Assembly (NCBI GenBank): GCA_964344025.1
Contig: CAYFKM010000002.1
Span: 1-43,514, forward strand
Source: an uncultured Candidatus Nanopelagicus sp.
GTDB taxonomy: Bacteria > Actinomycetota > Actinomycetes > Nanopelagicales > Nanopelagicaceae
Direction of reading: 5' to 3'
Length of the DNA stretch: 43,514 nucleotides
Numbering within the stretch: the stretch's first letter is position 1; every line of letters starts with the position of its first letter. This document shows, one piece after another, positions 40,147-43,514 of the stretch. A program made the translations under genes and the position numbers. The notes beneath the pieces are model-generated. The model made no database searches. It saw nothing but the letters and a program-made list of their open reading frames with translations, and was not told the origin of the DNA.

Positions 40147-40578
40147 CTATTTGGCAAGCTTTTGCATTGCTGTTAATGCTAGAAGGTAACTATCTACTCC
40201 AAAGCCAGCAATAGTTCCTTGAACAACCCCACTCACAACCGAAGTATGCCTAAATTCTTCACGTGATAATGGATTAGACAGGTGTACTTCTATTGCTGGA
40301 GCTTTCAACATGCTAATTGCATCGCGAAGCGCATAGGAATAATGTGTAAAAGCTGCCGGATTAATTATCACTGGTTGTCTCTTATCGGCGGCTTCATGGA
40401 TCCAAGATATTAATTGACTCTCACTATCACTCTGTTTAATCTCGATTTCAATTCCCATTGAATCAGCTCTAGAGGAAATTGCATCTTCCAAATCCTTATA
40501 ACTTAATTCCCCATAATAATTCTTCTCACGGAGATCAAGTCTTGATAAATTTGGCCCATTAAGAATTAGAATTTTCAC
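40147..40578 (-). CDS. aroQ: Type II 3-dehydroquinate dehydratase
   Basis: LNGPNL, INPAAFTHYS and EVHLSN..REEFRH motifs. Confidence 0.96.
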   Translation of the reverse strand: MKILILNGPNLSRLDLREKNYYGELSYKDLEDAISSRADSMGIEIEIKQSDSESQLISWIHEAADKRQPVIINPAAFTHYSYALRDAISMLKAPAIEVHLSNPLSREEFRHTSVVSGVVQGTIAGFGVDSYLLALTAMQKLAK

Positions 40579-41600
40579 AGCGTAATTCTCTCATATACCT
40601 TAGCGAGAGTGCTGGACGGTACATCTTCCAGCCATACGGGCTTGCCAATCTTGCTTATTCCGATAAATCTAACCTTTCCTTGTTTAACTTTTTTATCTTT
40701 CAATAAAAGTTGAACCAAGGAGCTCCACCTTGATCGCGGATAGGAAGTAGGAAGTTTGTGATTATCTAAAAGCACTCGGTGCAGTTCAACAACCTCATCT
40801 GCTAACCCAAGTAGCTCACGACTTAATTCAGCCGCATAAACCATACCTATTGAGATAGCCTCACCATGCCGTAGTTTGTAATTACTATCCTTTTCAATTG
40901 CGTGTCCAAGGGTGTGGCCATAATTTAAAACCTCGCGGATTTTACTTTCTTTAAAATCTTTTGCCACCACTTTTGCCTTGACCTTTACGGCACGAGAGAT
41001 AAGTTGTTCAAAATCCAAAACATCATCCTGAACTAAATTCAATATTTTGTAATCTGAAATAAACCCACACTTAATAACTTCGGCCAATCCAGCAGATAAA
41101 TCTCTGTTTGACAGTTTAGAAAGGTAATTAATATCAATAAATACACCACTTGGAGAATAGAAGGTTCCTATTAAATTTTTTCCTTTTTGAGCATTGATAC
41201 CTGTCTTACCACCTATTGCAGCATCTACCATTCCAGCTAATGAGGTTGGTATTGCATACCATTCAATTCCACGCAACCAGGTTGCAGCTGCAAAACCTGC
41301 TAAATCTGTAGTTGCGCCACCACCAAATCCGATGATGGCATCGGATCTCTCCAAACCTACTGCCGAGCACTTTCGCCAAACGCTTTCTAATACTTTAACA
41401 TTTTTTTGATTTTCACCCACAGGTGTACCAATAATTGATAAATTCCTAGATTCCTTGATCTTAAATAATTTGATTAAATTTGATGGCGCGACCAGCAGAA
41501 CCCGTCTATGTGAAGCAGTTATGGCTTTAATCTCATCGAGTGCATTTGCTCCAACTACTACTCGATAATTTCTTTCTGCAACTACTTCAATTATCCTCAT
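40575..41600 (-). CDS. aroB: 3-dehydroquinate synthase
   Basis: GGGATTDLAGF, DAAIGGKTGIN and LNYGHTLGHAIE motifs. Confidence 0.96.
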   Translation of the reverse strand: MRIIEVVAERNYRVVVGANALDEIKAITASHRRVLLVAPSNLIKLFKIKESRNLSIIGTPVGENQKNVKVLESVWRKCSAVGLERSDAIIGFGGGATTDLAGFAAATWLRGIEWYAIPTSLAGMVDAAIGGKTGINAQKGKNLIGTFYSPSGVFIDINYLSKLSNRDLSAGLAEVIKCGFISDYKILNLVQDDVLDFEQLISRAVKVKAKVVAKDFKESKIREVLNYGHTLGHAIEKDSNYKLRHGEAISIGMVYAAELSRELLGLADEVVELHRVLLDNHKLPTSYPRSRWSSLVQLLLKDKKVKQGKVRFIGISKIGKPVWLEDVPSSTLAKVYERITL

Positions 41601-42112
41601 ATTTTGCTTTTAATTTTCTCGTTAATTGATTTGGCCACTTCACTGGGCTTTTGACTATCTGAAGAAACTATAGTCGAGGCCAATTTTTCGTAAATCGGCC
41701 GGCGTTCACTCATTAGATTCAACCACTGTTGCCTTGGATTTATTAATAGCAGAGGACGATCTTTATTAAATCCAATTCTAGTTGCGGCCTGAGCGATAGA
41801 AACATCGATAAAAATTACTGGATATTGAGCGCTGCTTAATAGTTCTTGAATCTCTGGATTTATTGGCGCTCCTCCTCCTAGAGCGATTACCCCATCAAAT
41901 TCCGAAAGAAGTTTACTAACCACTTCAACCTCGATTTTTCGGAATACCCCTTCACCTTCCTCTACAAAGATATCTGAGATTTTCTTACTAACTCTTTTTT
42001 CTATTTCAGAATCACTATCAGCAAAAGCCATATTTAGCTCCTTTGATAATGCTTTCCCAATACTAGTTTTCCCCGCGCCTGGAGGTCCGATTAGGACAAT
42101 TTTGGTGATCAT
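41597..42112 (-). CDS. aroK: Shikimate kinase
   Basis: GPPGAGKTS, EGEGVFR, LGGG and RPLL motifs. Confidence 0.95.
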   Translation of the reverse strand: MITKIVLIGPPGAGKTSIGKALSKELNMAFADSDSEIEKRVSKKISDIFVEEGEGVFRKIEVEVVSKLLSEFDGVIALGGGAPINPEIQELLSSAQYPVIFIDVSIAQAATRIGFNKDRPLLLINPRQQWLNLMSERRPIYEKLASTIVSSDSQKPSEVAKSINEKIKSKI

Positions 42113-43296
42113 CACTTAATTTCAAGCGTATTAATATAATTTTCGAAGTTCCGCTTGGTCTCTTGAACACTATCTCCGCCAAATTTTTCTAAAACCGCAT
42201 CAGCAAGCACCAAAGCTGCCATTGCTTCAGCAACAATGCCCGCCGCCGGTACCGCGCAGACATCCGATCTTTGATTTATAGCCTTAGCAGGTTGTCCCGT
42301 AGACACATCAATCGTGTCTAATGCTTTAGGAACAGTTGAGATTGGTTTCATTGCAACTTTGATTCGCAAAATTTCACCATTGCTCATACCGCCTTCAGTA
42401 CCGCCCGCTCTATCTGTTCGACGAGATATCGCTCCTTTGCTATTTTTTTCAATTTCATCATGAGCAACTGTGCCTCTTCGCCTTGCCGTTTCAAAACCAT
42501 CACCGATCTCAACGCCCTTAATTGCTTGAATTCCCATCATTGCGCCGGCTAATTTTGCATCTAACCTTCTATCCCAGTGAGTGTGTGAACCAAGACCTGG
42601 TGGTAAGTTGTATGCAAGCACTTCAACTACGCCACCTAATGTATCTCCGTCTCGATGCGCTGCTTCAATCTCAGAGACTATTTTTTCACTTGTTTTTTTA
42701 TCAAAACATCTAACGGGATCTTCATCTATTTTCAGTCGATCGCTTGAGTTTGGTAAATCATAATTGTCTGGAACTGAAATTTTTCCAATGGATAAGACGT
42801 GGCTTAAAACCTCTATTCCCACACTTTGCCGCAAAAAAGCCCGTGCAACTGCGCCCAATGCAACTCGTGCAGCTGTCTCACGCGCACTTGCGCGCTCTAA
42901 AATTGGCCTTGCATCTGAAAAATTAAACTTTTGCATTCCTACCAAATCAGCGTGACCAGGTCTTGGCCTAGTTAAAGGTGCATTTCTTGCTAAATCTCTG
43001 ATCTCAGATTCAGTCACTGGATCGGCACTCATAACCTTTTCCCATTTTGGCCATTCAGAGTTGGCTACTTGGATTGCAATGGGACCACCTTGAGTAACTC
43101 CCAATCTAATTCCACCAGTGATCGTTATTTTGTCCGCTTCAAAATTCTGCCGAGCACCCCTTCCAACACCAAGCCTTCTTCTCGCTAAATCCTTGTCAAT
43201 ATCCTTACTCGTAATCAGAACATGTGCCGGAATGCCTTCGATTATTGCCGAAAGCGCTGGACCGTGCGACTCACCTGCTGTAAGCCATCTAAGCAT
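42112..43296 (-). CDS. aroC: Chorismate synthase
   Basis: [26 protein letters not shown] and RSDVCAVP motifs; GGAGG SD. Confidence 0.98.
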   Translation of the reverse strand: MLRWLTAGESHGPALSAIIEGIPAHVLITSKDIDKDLARRRLGVGRGARQNFEADKITITGGIRLGVTQGGPIAIQVANSEWPKWEKVMSADPVTESEIRDLARNAPLTRPRPGHADLVGMQKFNFSDARPILERASARETAARVALGAVARAFLRQSVGIEVLSHVLSIGKISVPDNYDLPNSSDRLKIDEDPVRCFDKKTSEKIVSEIEAAHRDGDTLGGVVEVLAYNLPPGLGSHTHWDRRLDAKLAGAMMGIQAIKGVEIGDGFETARRRGTVAHDEIEKNSKGAISRRTDRAGGTEGGMSNGEILRIKVAMKPISTVPKALDTIDVSTGQPAKAINQRSDVCAVPAAGIVAEAMAALVLADAVLEKFGGDSVQETKRNFENYINTLEIK

Positions 43297-43370
43297 TTGT
43301 CCTCCGTCAAATTCGAGTGCCCTATTCTCTCAGATCAATAAGAGATCTTGCCCGAAATTAATGGGATTAG

Positions 43371-43514
43371 TCACCAAAATTTTGCGATATACGTTCCTAT
43401 GATCATAAATGGCGCAAACGGTATGTCAGAACTCCTTCTAAAAAGAGCAAAGGTACCTCCAATAATCCATGCAATGGAGATTGAATTCAATATCTCATTT
43501 ATCGAACTTAAAGG
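43371..43514 (-). CDS. Prepilin peptidase (A24 family), C-terminal fragment truncated by window edge
   Basis: Not in the ORF track. Manual translation gives ...SIAWIIGGTFALFRRSSDIPFAPFMIIGTYIAKFW*. IPFAPF resembles the A24 C-terminal motif, and such a gene commonly precedes aroC in Actinobacteria. Confidence 0.7.
   Translation of the reverse strand, partial: PLSSINEILNSISIAWIIGGTFALFRRSSDIPFAPFMIIGTYIAKFW

Noticed and set aside
725..43402. Numerous 60-150 aa ORFs nested in or antisense to annotated genes
   Set aside because: All overlap well-supported conserved genes and none shows a family signature

Overview
A very densely packed core-chromosome segment from an AT-rich (roughly 40% GC by eye) actinobacterium. 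Actinobacterial markers (mshC, pafBC, mIHF, BldD-like regulator, SCO1664/DUF3090/MSMEG_4193 cluster), low GC and minimal intergenic DNA suggest a streamlined freshwater acI lineage such as Ca. Nanopelagicales; this placement is inference. Left to right it holds: lipid kinase-tatC-tatA-pafC-pafB, an inverted FKBP lipoprotein, trmI, a HAD hydrolase, the mshC cluster, an aldo/keto reductase, an M20 peptidase, tRNA-Leu(GAG), a salvage/membrane block (apt, tdk, adh, DUF554, uppP, YczE-like, NCS2 permease, ung), an ABC ATPase, serB, rpe-rsmB-fmt-def-priA-metK-coaBC-rpoZ-gmk, the pyr operon with a PyrR-binding leader, a bldD-like gene, nusB-efp-aroQBKC and a partial prepilin peptidase. No mobile elements or CRISPR arrays were seen. 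Main points of interest: (1) an in-frame mIHF-guanylate kinase fusion that keeps an internal SD+ATG; (2) a BldD homologue with an intact RxD-X8-RxxD c-di-GMP motif; (3) the Pup-proteasome genes are missing from their usual locus while PafBC is kept; (4) about 11 genes with apparent leaderless promoters; (5) a perfect DnaA box in the pyr/bldD divergent promoter; (6) a palindrome resembling a PafBC promoter upstream of the nucleobase permease.
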